This document shows, one piece after another, positions 25,331 through 37,600 of a stretch of DNA of 64,000 nt. Location: contig OZ004609.1 of NCBI GenBank assembly GCA_963924565.1, positions 27,714,001 through 27,778,000 on the forward strand, given 5' to 3'. Origin of the DNA: Ascidiella aspersa (lineage: Eukaryota). Each line of letters opens with the position of its first letter. Position 1 is the stretch's first letter. A program made the translations under genes and the position numbers. The notes under the pieces are model-generated. The model searched no databases, was not told where the DNA came from, and saw nothing but the letters and a program-made list of their open reading frames with translations.

Positions 25331-26701
25331 TAGGCCTACCATGTCCTCTTTTAGGAGGATTTGTCCTCTTTTCTCAAGAAAAGTGAATGGTCCGAGGACG
25401 CTTAAAAATAATGTCCTCTTTTTTCGCATTTCAACTTAGTTGCTTCTACTTTTAACAAGACTTTTCGGCGAGACGTTGTATTTATTCCCAAAAAATTACT
25501 ATAGCCATGAAACATGCTGAATTGCTGTTTTAAAAAGTTTTCCAACACATTGCCCTACCAGCACTATATTCTTGATTGTTATTGCAAACATTGCGCCGGA
25601 AAAATTTCAACCGAACCTCACATGTAAAAAGGCCTATTAATACAGCAAAGGTGTGAGTTTTGTAGGCCTTGCCTATCATCAGTGTTACTGTATAGGCTAT
25701 GTTCTTATTTCTTACAGAAGCTTGCATAGTTAGTCTATAGAAGGGGTCGGCAACCTACGGCCCGCGGGCCGGATCCGACCCGCCGATGTAATTCATCCGG
25801 CCCGCGGCCTCTTTGACAAAATAGACACGAGTTCATTTCATATACTTTTTGACTGTCTAAGCTACGCAAGTGCGCAAACATTTTTTAACGTTTTAATACT
25901 GCATTTTTACCTAGATCAGCGCTTCTTTACAGTTGCGCCGTGGGAGACCGCCAAGTGCGTCACGAAAAACGTATTCAAAATGTTGGACATATGTTTTCAA
26001 ACATGTTTTTATTTTCGGCAATGTAACATTATATTTTTCGGCTTTTATTTTCGGCAATGTAAAAAACTTGCAAGAAATGCCGGTATACCAAAAAAAAATC
26101 GCGCTCGCCAGGTCTGCCCAAACTTAAAAAAGGTTAACATACACGGAGCTGGATTAACTTTAAATGTTATCGCGTTATCTCATAGTAGTTTTATTACACT
26201 TTTCATTAGTAGTATTGGTTGACGGCGTGTGAACTCGAATTTTAAACCAAATAAACGCTTTTTTTCGTGCTTTGCGCCAACACTTTACTGATTTCTTAAA
26301 TGCGATTAAACACCTTTTTAATTGCAAAAACGATCCGAGGCCCGGCTGATTCACAGTTGTCCAAACATGAAAATAGCACAATTCTTAGTTATTATTTTGT
26401 GCGTTTGGCAGAACGTCTTTCTGAGTTTGGTTTGGGCCCGCGACTAGAAAAAGGTTGCCGACCCCTGGTCTTTAGCATACATGTAGTTGTCAGCAGATTC
26501 TTTCAATTTTCTATAATATTCTTTAAATTTAGACAACCATAAAGCAAAATAAGCGGGTGACACGTCAGTTGTAGCCGCCGAAGCCACCATGGCATTTCAT
26601 ACAGTGAAGCACCATTATAGCTATAAATCAAACGACTGCACCTCTTTTACTAGCCGGCAAAAAATGTCCTCTTTTTGGGTGCTGAAAATATGGTAGCCCT
26701 A
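25331..26701. mobile_element. hAT (Blackjack-like) non-autonomous element carrying a nested MITE
   Basis: TIR TAGGCCTACCAT / ATGGTAGCCCTA; TSD ATTTATTA/ATTTATCA; subterminal TGTCCTCTTTT motifs at both ends. Confidence 0.8.
25741..26467. mobile_element. hAT (Charlie/Buster-like) MITE, nested
   Basis: TIR AGGGGTCGGCAACCT / AGGTTGCCGACCCCTG; TSD GTCTATAG/GTCTTTAG; GGCCCG subterminal motifs. Confidence 0.88.
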
Positions 26702-26993
26702 ATTTATCACCAACTTTAGAATACGCAACAAAAATGCAAACAAAATTAAAAAAATAAAGGCTAGCAATATTGTCAATCAGTTGAAATTTGCAGCATTTTT
26801 AATACACACATTTGATGTATGCACTATACTTTTAATTAAGGCTTAGTCATATCAAACAATTTCTGGCACAGAGTCATGGAGATCATTGTAAGCTGGCTCA
26901 TTGGCCTAACTCTACTGTCCGAAAGTCCTTAATAACAAAAATGACCCAATAAGTACAAAAGTTGTGTATTATAACGTAAAACTAGGCAAGACA

Positions 26994-29897
26994 TTAATTT
27001 TTTCCTGTAGAACCAAAGCCACCATCACCCCTTTCGGTTTCTTGCAAAGTCTAAAAAAAAATTAACAAATGGTTTGCTTATGGGAGATTTGAGTAAAGAA
27101 TGAGGCTTTTAGAAATAAGGAAGGTTAAATCATTTTTCATTACAGGATAGATAAAACTTACCAAGTTGCCATTTGGATGAGTGTCTACCAATCATCACTC
27201 ACCAAAAATGTCTGTGGTAGGAGTTTTACCATGAACGCACATGTTTAATTTGTTGTTGAAGTTGCACAATGCACAAGCATTATTGTTAGCAATTAACAAA
27301 ATTTTGGCCTTTTAGATTTGAGAGTAGAATTTGTCACAAATCAATAAAATTTAGTTCAACAGTCCTGATAACAACCAACTCTTGCTTAAAAATCACTTGG
27401 CAGTCAGGTGTAAATCAGCACTCTTGATAGGTTAAAAACTCAACCCCGCGATATTTCATTTGCATCTGACAACATTGGTAAAATATGAAATCTTCTAGTA
27501 ATACATAGATACTCTATTTAAAATACAACTTTTTTTTTTCAAAAAATTACTTACATTAACTTCTGATAATGTCGGATGAAAGATTCTCTCACAAATAAGC
27601 TGGGCTATGCGGTCTCCTTTTTTCACTGCAAAAAAGTACACAACTGTACAACAAATGAAATAATGAAAGACACACACACATATGTACAACAAATGAAATA
27701 ATGAAAGACACACACACATATGTACAACAAATGAAATAATGAAAGACACACACACATATGTACAACAAATGAAATAATGAAAGACACACACACATATGTA
27801 CAACAAATGAAATAATGAAAGACACACACACATATGTACAACAAATGAAATACTATGTTAATTCAGTCATCCATTATATCTGTTTGGGAAAATTTCGGAG
27901 TTTTTTTAAGAAACACTATATTTTACTTTCTTTGTTAATATTAGGCAAAAATATTGGTTTAAACTTACTGATACCAAAACATCAGTAAGAGTTTAACAAA
28001 AATTAATATATATAATATTCTTCTTAACAAACGATTTAATTACCGAATTTGTCATTTGGTTTCATTTCTATGTTTAGCGTTTGGTTTATTTTGTTCAGAA
28101 TCATGCAACATTATTATGCAATAAGATGTGTATAAATAAAAATGTACAATTACAAAGATATGGTAATTGCTGTGTCTTGGGTAAATAAAAATTAGCTTGA
28201 AAAATTTTTAGGATTTTAAAAAGTGACACACTTTTTAGATACTCGGTAGGATGAAAATAAAATGTGTCTCCCGGATTATACTATTAAAAATTACACTTAA
28301 AGTATTGCATAAACAATTCAAGATTTCATAGTCTTATATTTATTACTGGAAAAACTTAAAATTTCCAAACATTTGCCATGTTCAGTCCAACCTTCAAAGT
28401 CCTTATCGTTGAAATTAAACAATATAATGCCAACATTTCCTCGATAGTCTTGGTCAATGACTCCAGCTCCAACATCAATAAAATGCTTATGGGTCAATCC
28501 TGACCTAGGAGCTACCCGGCCATAGCAACCATCAGGCAATGCAATTTGAATGTCTGTTTTTGCTAAAACTTTTCCTTTGCTTGGAATGATATAATCATAG
28601 GCACTAAAATAAAATTAATTTGTTTAGTTAAGCAATAACCTTTTCCATATAAAATGTACTCAAAAAACAAACAAATAAATAAATAAACTAATTTGGTTTG
28701 TTAATTGCATTCCATTTTTACATTAAAATTTATTTGTCAGAGTTGTTTATTTCACTGTGGAAAGTATGGCAAACCCAACTAAGGATTTTTTTGTAACAGG
28801 CCAAATCTACAACACAAATTAAATTTAATATGCACCCTGATTGTTTTAAATTTTTATCATACTTATGTTTAGTAAACAATTAAAGCACTGGCGCTACACA
28901 TTGTGAGGCTAACAATAAGGTTGTCAATTCCCATGTAAAGGCTTTGATTTTTTTCTTAGGCTAGACCATGCTGAAATGTGCAATATACCAATTCAGGTAT
29001 GCACAATTTTCTTTTAACAAAAAAATCGGTTTGCAGTGCACCTGTTCCAGAATGCCTGACTGCATTACATAATTTGTAGCCGCCAAAGATTCACGCTAAT
29101 ATTTTTTCGGCTGAAATCCTACGCCAAAAACAACAATTTGTTTTGGTATATTCATAAGGCCAACGATGTTTCACGCCAAATGACGTCACTGGCGTGATTT
29201 GGGGCAAGCATTCCATGCCATAGATCTCTGACAGGAAGACACTGGAATGCAATCGGGATGGAATGCAGACTGGCCACCAATATGGTAAGTAGTCGGGGGT
29301 AGTTAAATGTGTGAATCAGCGTTTGGGTTCACCGTTCAGGAAGGTTATGTTGGCCAAGTATTATTATTATATTTATTGTCCAACATGTATATTTCTTCCT
29401 TACAATTTTAATATTGACGAATTATTTAGTTAAAAAGTGGTAGGATCTAAGACTAGAGCCGCCAACATGTGTAACGTTTTAAAATTTTGCACATAATGTA
29501 TCTTCAAATTTGAGATAGACCGATATATCGATTTGCCAATAATATCGGCCGATATTTGGCTTCTACCGACCTAACGGTAAAAAAGAATCAGTATCGGTTG
29601 ACAAAACTGTAAAAAATCGGGTATCGGTCCAAAAAAGTAATAAATATATATATATATACACGAGCCAACTCAAATTTTAGTTATTTAAACCCTATTTTAA
29701 ATTGTGTTTTAACATTACCTGTACAAGTCAAAACCAGCAGCTAGCTTTGAACCTTTGCTTGGTGCGGTTGCGTGTTCAGATAATTTAGCAAATTTAAGAA
29801 CAACGTTATCTTCCAGTTTAGCTCTCTTTGGAAATGGTACATTTTGCATTTCTTTCAGCGGTGAAACGCGCATTTCATTATAGAGTACGCTAGCCAT
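26994..29897 (-). CDS. DUT: dUTP diphosphatase (trimeric dUTPase), 172 aa
   Basis: Exons 29719-29897, 28392-28603, 27555-27625 and 26994-27050 (519 nt). All five motifs present: [36 protein letters not shown]-terminal PKRAK is NLS-like. Confidence 0.97.
27645..27852. repeat. 38-bp minisatellite, ~5.5 identical copies, in dUTPase intron 2
   Basis: Unit TGTACAACAAATGAAATAATGAAAGACACACACACATA. Confidence 0.95.
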
Positions 29898-29986
29898 TGT
29901 AATTTGAGCTTCGACAAATTTAAAAGTCCTAAAAATATACCGAGCACTTTTATTCGTAGAGTCTTTTACAGTTTTAGTGAGTGTAA

Positions 29987-30269
29987 AGGCCCGTTCACAC
30001 TACAGCTGCACTGAGCTGAGCAAAGCGTAATTTGCATTTAAATTCTATTGTGGCGAGCGTTTCATGCTTTGCTAAACTCAAGCCCCGTGCAGCAGCTGCA
30101 GCTAGCTTAAAAATACGCTTTGGAGCGATTTTCACGCTTTGCTAAACTCAAGCCCAGTGCAGCTATAGAAACACATTACGTTTAGAGCGATTTTTACGCC
30201 CAGCGCAGCTCACTGCAGCTGAAGTGAAAACAATTTCACGCCCAGTGCAGCTGTAGTGTAAACGGGCCT
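29987..30269. mobile_element. PIF/Harbinger-type MITE
   Basis: ~30-bp TIR AGGCCCGTT(C/T)ACACTACAGCTGCACTG; TAA TSD on both sides; internal direct repeats. Confidence 0.88.
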
Positions 30270-30297
30270 TAAAAAAGTTGTTTTGCATGTTTTCCAA

Positions 30298-30307
30298 TTT
30301 TGGCGGG
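30298..30307. promoter_or_regulatory. Possible E2F-like site upstream of dUTPase
   Basis: TTTTGGCGGG about 400 bp upstream of the DUT ATG. DUT genes are typically S-phase regulated. Motif match only. Confidence 0.3.
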
Positions 30308-33300
30308 GTTCTAATTTTGGTGGCATGTTTTTTTATTTGGGGAGTTATGTGTTACAATTCAGAAAATCACTTTTGTTGGCAAACGGGATGGGAAAATGTG
30401 CAAATGAATAATTAGCCTAAAAACTAAAACATATATTGCAAAAAATTTAAAAAATAACTTTTTCACCGTCGCAATTAAAAAAGGTTGTGTTCCAACTAAA
30501 AATTAATAAAGGTCCAACCCGTTATGGAAGACACTAAATTATTTGGCCTTTGCAACACAACTAAGGTTTCTTTAGGCAAAATATGTCGAGAACTTGTCGC
30601 CATGTCATCTCGTTTTTTTCCCGCTCTGTTTTTCCCGTATCACCTTGCTAAAATACAAGAACAAACCTTGGTCCCGTGTGGTCCAATTACCAACAGTCTT
30701 CCATACGCAAACCAACAACAAACCACTCACCACGAACCAGACAACAGCAACAACTAATACTTAAAAAATAATTGCTATTTGTCAGGCGCTAAACTCCGAT
30801 TTTTTTTAAATCATTCCTGTTTTTTTGGTTATTGTGCCAAAAGCGTAGCCTACAATTGAAAATGACCTCGTACATTTTTCAAATTAAAAAAATAATTTTA
30901 GCACTAATTAAACAATATTTACACATTGCAGCCTATTAATGGCGTTCTTTCGTAACTTTGACATAGAGAGTGAGGTTACTTTGATACAAAATTAACGTTC
31001 TGTTCTATAAGACATAAATCGCCAAAATAAGAACTAAACAACAGTTTAAATCAAACCCCAACCCTATAACTTTATGACAAACTTCATTAACTTTTTTACT
31101 GTAAACCGAATTTCAATCACGCCCTTTAAACAATCCTAACCCCAAACAATGGTAAACAGTTTGGTACCAAAACAGCAGCATCTTGACGGCGCCGTTTAAA
31201 CTGTGTCGCCCAAACGTCGATACCAGGAATATGGCGTATACAATTGTTCCATACCAGCCCCTGCGATTCTACAGTTTTTTAGGCCTTTCAGATCTTATTC
31301 TGAAGGGTATTGGACTTTTTTGTGTTCCCACATTTTTTTTATTTATTTATTTAATTTACGTTTAATTTCTATCTGCTTAACAATAACAAATATTTCAAAA
31401 TTTAAATTCGCGTACTTTCCGTTATCGTGATTGGACAAAACAGAAAATATATTTTGTAGCAAAGTTAAGCAACTTTTTCTGCATCGGGCGCATTTCACAA
31501 TTTCTAAAAGGATTGACGTTATCAAAAAAACGTGAATCTCCAATTACAAATAAACATACCGGTAATTTAACAGTTTATCAACGATTTTGTCATTCTTTTA
31601 ACAACAGTGAAATATTCGACGTTCAGTTACTTTTATTATTAATGATAATAATATTGCTTCGGGTGCACCGCAGTGCGAGAGTAGAACCAACACATTCAAA
31701 ACAACAATAAACAGTAAAGCAGAACTGTGAATTGGACCACTCGAAATTTGGTGACTGATTTGCAGGACCTTGGTCTTTTGTTCTCAGAACCAGAACCTTT
31801 TGCAAGAAACTAAAAATTTCACCAACATAGAACAGTTACCGTCCCCAAAATTATTTTGAAATGCGGAAGTATTTGACACTTGACTGGTGGGTGCCGGACA
31901 TTATGCGAACAGTAAAACAAAACAAAAAACACCTGAAGATTTTTTGTCTGGTCACCTTTGCAGTTAAGGTCGTGTACGGTTTATATTCATAAGAAATAGA
32001 AGTAATAATTTTACTTTATTTCTTTTAAGATTTCACTGAGCTTTTTGCCTATTTAAATGTAAATCAAGGAGCAGAACCACTCTCCATGAAGAAGATAAAT
32101 AAATAATTGGCACTTGGACCCTTTCGTGGGGTCGTCCACCAGGATAAAAAATAGGCGAATGATAACAGAATGAGAAGAACAAGAATAAAACAAAAAAAGA
32201 GCACGATTACTTGTATTAACGCAAATCGGCCGTTTACACTATTAAGGGGCTCACTTGTATGAATTTCACGGCATAGCATGTCAACGTATTTCATTCCCAG
32301 AACAAAAACAAAGATAGGGCACGTTTTTAAATGACGCTTAGAACGTTGTACGTTGCAACTGAACTCGACACGCCCGTTGTGCTATATTCGCACATCGCAA
32401 ACATTACAGTGAAGAGGTGTCATACTGATGTACAGTTGATTGGCGAGTTGGTTATCAAGTCAGCCTTAACAGTTTGGTCCGGCCGAGAAATTCGTACACA
32501 TTCTTTGCGCATATAACACTGTAGCCGTGTAGCAGATAAAGGTCCGAACCAGCGGTTTGCCAGTGATGCGCGCATACATTGCACTTATTATTGCAGCGGC
32601 AAGTCCCGGCAAGTCGGGAATTAATTTGAATCGCAGGAACACTGTGGGGATTCACAGCATCCAATTGGAATTAGCCGCGGGCCTTGAAGCTTCGAGTTGT
32701 AGTTTGACTTGGATTTTTGCAGCAAAAGGTTTGGGAGATGCACTTAAAGCGAAATTGTTACAAGATACAGGGGTGGATCATATATTTATAAACCAAAGAG
32801 GGAAAAATACCAAAAAAGGGAAAAATACGACACATTATAGGATGGATAATAAGGGATTAGTAAGTTTTAGGTTTACAACTTAAAGTTAGGACACGGTATC
32901 AATACGCTATTGGTGCATGCTTCAGAGAATTTTGGATTGATATCAAATTTAATGGGAAAATTACGATACTGTGCGTTAGGTTATGTCGGATAATATATCA
33001 GTGCCGACCCGACGTCGTATTTAAATTTCGTTTTTGTTCACGTTACTACAATGCCTGCTTCTACAGTCTGGTAAATGCATAATTACGCAAATCATTCTGA
33101 AGTCTTGGCATTTTTTACGAAAAAATGGAGCCATGTGAGGTAGCAGATTGGCGTTAAAGCGCTGGTTTTAAGAAACTTGAGACAAGATGTGCGGCGCAAA
33201 TGGCACCTCAAAGTTGATTCAAATGTTGATTTCAAAATGCAAAAATAGCGCCGAGCCGCTTATATAACGAAAAAGAACAACAAATCGCGTTTGAAACGGT

Positions 33301-34039
33301 GACGGCGCGCAGATATAAAGGCGGCACAGTGGATGAAGAAACTACATAGCGACCTTGCCATGAATCGAAAACAACGGCGCGATTTCATTTAGCAAAACCA
33401 TCGCGAATAAACAAGAACCTTGATATTTCATCAAATGAAAGCGTTCGGGACGATACGGTAAATCGAACCACGGTAATAAAACGCACCGGTTGGAAAATAG
33501 AAAACAGAAAATATGCGTTTCGATTTTATAAAATTATTTGTGGGCCAAGCGTCTGTCCTGTAGCGTTTGCGTTAAAAAAAAAAAAATTTTTTCTTAACTG
33601 TTTGCTGTTTATCCGTTTGAGCATGCCACAAAAAACGGACGGAAAACTGTATGACAGGTAATCACATAACTGAGCGTAGCAGAAAAAAATAGCACAACGC
33701 GAAACGTTAAGGATTGCCATACTGAACAATGGAAACAGTTCGGCGTTGAAAAAGAAAATGCTTCACAAAAACCGAAACGGGTTACCTTACGGATACACAC
33801 CAGACAGAGAGCTTCTACACTTGGAGCGAAAAAAAAAAACAGTGATTAGCGACGCAGGGCGAAGACTCATCACCAACGAAAAAAGTCACCGCTGCAGCAC
33901 CGGGTATGAAGAAGTAAGGCAAAACGAAAAGTCGCTGCACTTGCGTCACCAAAATTCAGTCGGACTCAGAACTCGGCTTTATCTTCTAGGCCGGAGTCGG
34001 ACTCGAATTGAGTAGTTTTAAACCGACTCCCCATCTCTG

Positions 34040-34135
34040 TCGTGCAGTGGCCCGGTCTGAAGGTAACGGGTGGACGCAGATACGGGTTTTGGGACAGGTA
34101 TTGCTTTTGCAACACTCTACACTACAATTACGCAA
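34040..34135 (-). pseudogene. THAP zinc-finger remnant (transposon-derived), cut by a hAT-like end
   Basis: RNCSVECCKSN..VHPLPSDRATAR matches the N-terminal half of THAP (CxxxxC..HxxPxD). It abuts a CAGAGATG hAT-like terminus at 34039. Confidence 0.5.
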
Positions 34136-34642
34136 AAACAGCGACAAATAATTATTTATATAAACATAACTAACTAATACAAATACATAACGTAATACTG
34201 GTTCGTTTCGAATTTCCGGCGACAATGAAGTGACCCACACGTAAGCACCAGATTTGACACGAGGGAGCGTACTTGCGACGAAACACCATATATACTAAAA
34301 TAAAAAGAAAGTGAATCGTGAAACCAGCAACGCGCTGTAGTAAAAATAAAAGGTAATATATGAAAAGAAAAATCGAAAAAATATTGATGATGGTAATAAT
34401 AGCGACGAGAATAACAAAACCGAAACGACACGCGATTGGCACCTTCCATAAAGTATTCGTATTTTCAATAGTTTGGCGCACCATGCCATCCCGTAATACT
34501 TATACAGTCACCAGCGGCGGATTGCTTTCCAGGTCGTAGTTGACAAGCCTTGACGCGCGACACAAAATGCGCGACAGGCGACACGCAACGTGAAGTCGAC
34601 ACTCGATGCGAGACAAAAGTGCGACAAAGCACACACGACCCA

Positions 34643-37600
34643 TCACCGAATCCTTCCATTGCTTTTAACCGGGCCAAGTTCCGACTTGGGATCGGGGGAG
34701 AAACTAGACCAGGGCTGGTTGGCGCAAAGGTTGGGCGTGGTCTGGCGCGGCCGGAAGCAGCCATCGGGCTGGCGTCGGCGCCAGTCGCTGGGCGCAGACG
34801 CCGCGAAGCAGTAGTCCTTGGCCGACCAGACGTCGCCAGCCACCTGGTCGATCCAGGCCTGCAGCTTGGCGCCTGCCGTGTGCTGCGAGATCTTGGCCAA
34901 GCGTTCGGCGCTTCTCTCGTTTCTGCGCAGGCCGAGCGTGGTGCGAATCGAGTAGAGGTTGCGCGCGGCCGCGTTCACTTGCTGGTCGTCGAGCACGCCT
35001 TGGTTGTCGCTGGCCAGGCTTGGGTCGCCCGGCAGCCCGGACACGAACTCTAAAGGCACGACGTGGAAGGCGATCTCGGCGCAAACGCGCGTGAACTGAC
35101 GCTGAACGTAGAAGCGGATCAGCCAACGGCCGGGTCGCAGCGGTTTGCGCAGGCTCAGCGGCGTTTCGGTGACGCCGGCGGCCTTGGCTGGAGTTCTGAA
35201 GTCGTTGTAGTCGCTGACCACGTTAAGCGGATCTATGGCCACCACCGTGACCACGAAGTCTTCGTCGGCGCGGCGCCATCGAGCCACTAGATGCACGTCG
35301 CTGTTGGGCCCGATAACGCCGCCCCAATCGCGCAAGGTGAGCTCCTTCACGTCCCAGTTGGTGCCCACTTTGGCGCCCTCCAGTCGTCGTGCGAGCTCCG
35401 ATGACGCGTCGAGGATGCGCAGTTCGGATTTGGCCGACATCAGAATCTGTCGTCATAAGATAAGGAGTTTTGTTGAAGACATTTATTTTAAATGGCAATT
35501 TCCTTTATTAGGGCAAATTGTTTTAATTTGTAACCGTTACTTTACTTGGTATACAGCAGAAAAAAAATCCTAAATCAAATATTATTCGAAGTTGCATCTA
35601 CTTTAGATGCAGGTTGTTGCTGAAAGGTAAAGCACGAGTAGTGAGAGATACGTCTTATATTCTGCATGTCGCGATAGCCTCTATTTGGCATAATTGGACG
35701 ATCTAAATTTTATTTAATTTATATTCTGTGCGGCCATGTTCTATATACAACATACAGCACAGTCCAGGTTGTTCACTAATGCACAGTCTTTAACTTGCGC
35801 CTTTAGTTTGCAAAAATACCATTTTACAATTTTACCTGCATGGGAACGATTCCTTCGCCATCAGCAATATCACCATCTTCCGCCTTTTCAGTGTTCTTTC
35901 GCCAGGACGCGTCAACGGTAACCAGGTAGCCGACGAACTCCTCGTTTCGCTTGTACATCTCAACCTGGATAAAAATGCTTCGGTAAATAAAACAGAGCAC
36001 TGCTCTACAATGGTCCCATACGTTTCGTCGCTCCTTACTGTTAAAATTGGTTTAACTCTTTGGGTACACTATGCACGGATCTGTAACGAAGCTTGATACT
36101 TTGTATTGCAAAGCCAAGAAGGTCGAGTAGATCGACTTTTGGCTTTGCAGTTCATTATCATGGTATAACTCTAAGTGTAAAAACCAGAGTAAAAATTCAT
36201 TCGAATTAAGGAACTAAAGTTGACCTTTTAGGCGAAGTATATACTCTTTTAAAAAAAGTCCGAACCTATATTTTACTTGTGATTTTGGACTTCCAAGTTT
36301 TACTTGTTTTCTATACGCATCAGCGTACATACATACGTGTAGTAATCGACAAGCAGAAACCTGTGGCCAATGGTTACAAATACATCCTAAGAGTGTAAAA
36401 AGTAAAGTGTAAATGAGCGTTAAAAAGGGTAAACGAATAAGTCAAGAAGTGATTTTGATATGGTCAATCAAAACAAAAAGCTAAATCAACGCAAACCAAT
36501 GCGTTTTTTTAAGGCTCGTCAATATAACAAATTGGTAATGTGATCTGCATTTTATTATTTATCATGTCTATGTATCGTCAAAAGCATGAACAAGGTAAAT
36601 CATAACAAAATTATAGGAAATGGTTTGAGACGGTTGCCCGCGATACCAATCTATGGGGAGAAAGAAATCAACATTATTTTTGCGCAATACGTAAAAAAAA
36701 GATCAAGATAAAGTATTAATACCTTTAAATTTAATAATTATCACACTTGACGAAACGAAATAGGAATAAAAAATATCCACTAGTAATGCTTATAGCCTTT
36801 CATGCTTTGTGACCCCATTACCAAACTGCAACCGCCGGGACTAGGTTTCTTTAAAATGTCTGCCAGTTTCCATTCTATATTCTCCACATTACAATCATAT
36901 AAGATTAATAACACATGTCTCTATCTGTCGTCTGGTGCTTCTAAAGTACCTCTGCCAACGATATTGAAACACATTTTTAAGATACCGAAAGCGTTATTTC
37001 TATCAAATTTGCAAATTTTAAGAAATTGAAACGTTGAAGTTATTTTTCAGACTTAAAGGTTAAAATTTTCAAAGTGGAATACGCTGTGTTGGATCGCAAA
37101 CTATAGCTGACGTGGCTATGAAATGTCGATGATAAACAACAAACACAACCAAAAATACACATATAATCCATAAATGTAAACAGCGGACAAGCCAAGGTTG
37201 GCTCCGTCCAATAATTGCTCTTTAAATAACTGAGACCTCAAAGGGCTAATACCATCAAGCGCACCTGCGTAACGGCGTTGACGCGCAGATGACAGGGGTC
37301 GGGGTTCGGGTCGTTCTTGCTCAGGTGCGAGTTCACCTCAACCAGTCCGATTCGCGCAAACGAGGCGAAGTGAGTGAGGTGAGCATCTGACACGGAGGCG
37401 GCGCCGTCGGCGCGATCGTACACGCTCTCCCAGTATGAGGTGAGTCCTGGGGTGCCAGATGGGTACTGGCCGTACATCTTGAAGTCCAGGTGGTTGACCT
37501 GAGGAAAAGTAAAAGGGTGAGAGAGTTAGCGTCAGTTGGGCGGCGTTTTTTTTTTCAGTATGAAAAAGGGAATGCAACAATCATGGCTGGTGGACCGTAG

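Noticed and set aside
27495-27844. Cys/hydrophobic repeat ORFs in three frames
   Set aside because: Translation of the 38-bp intronic VNTR; only 27555-27625 is a real dUTPase exon.
26994-29897. Viral or retroelement-borne dUTPase
   Set aside because: It has three spliceosomal introns and an NLS-like N-terminus, so it is the cellular gene.
32440-32500. tRNA-derived SINE head
   Set aside because: An A-box-like TGGCGAGTTGG is present, but the B-box, tail and TSD are unconvincing.
26994-35446. XYLT-dUTPase operon
   Set aside because: Same strand, but separated by about 4.7 kb of repeat-rich DNA with its own promoter-like motif.
34465-35573. Multiple overlapping ORFs on both strands
   Set aside because: Shadow frames of the GC-rich last XYLT exon.
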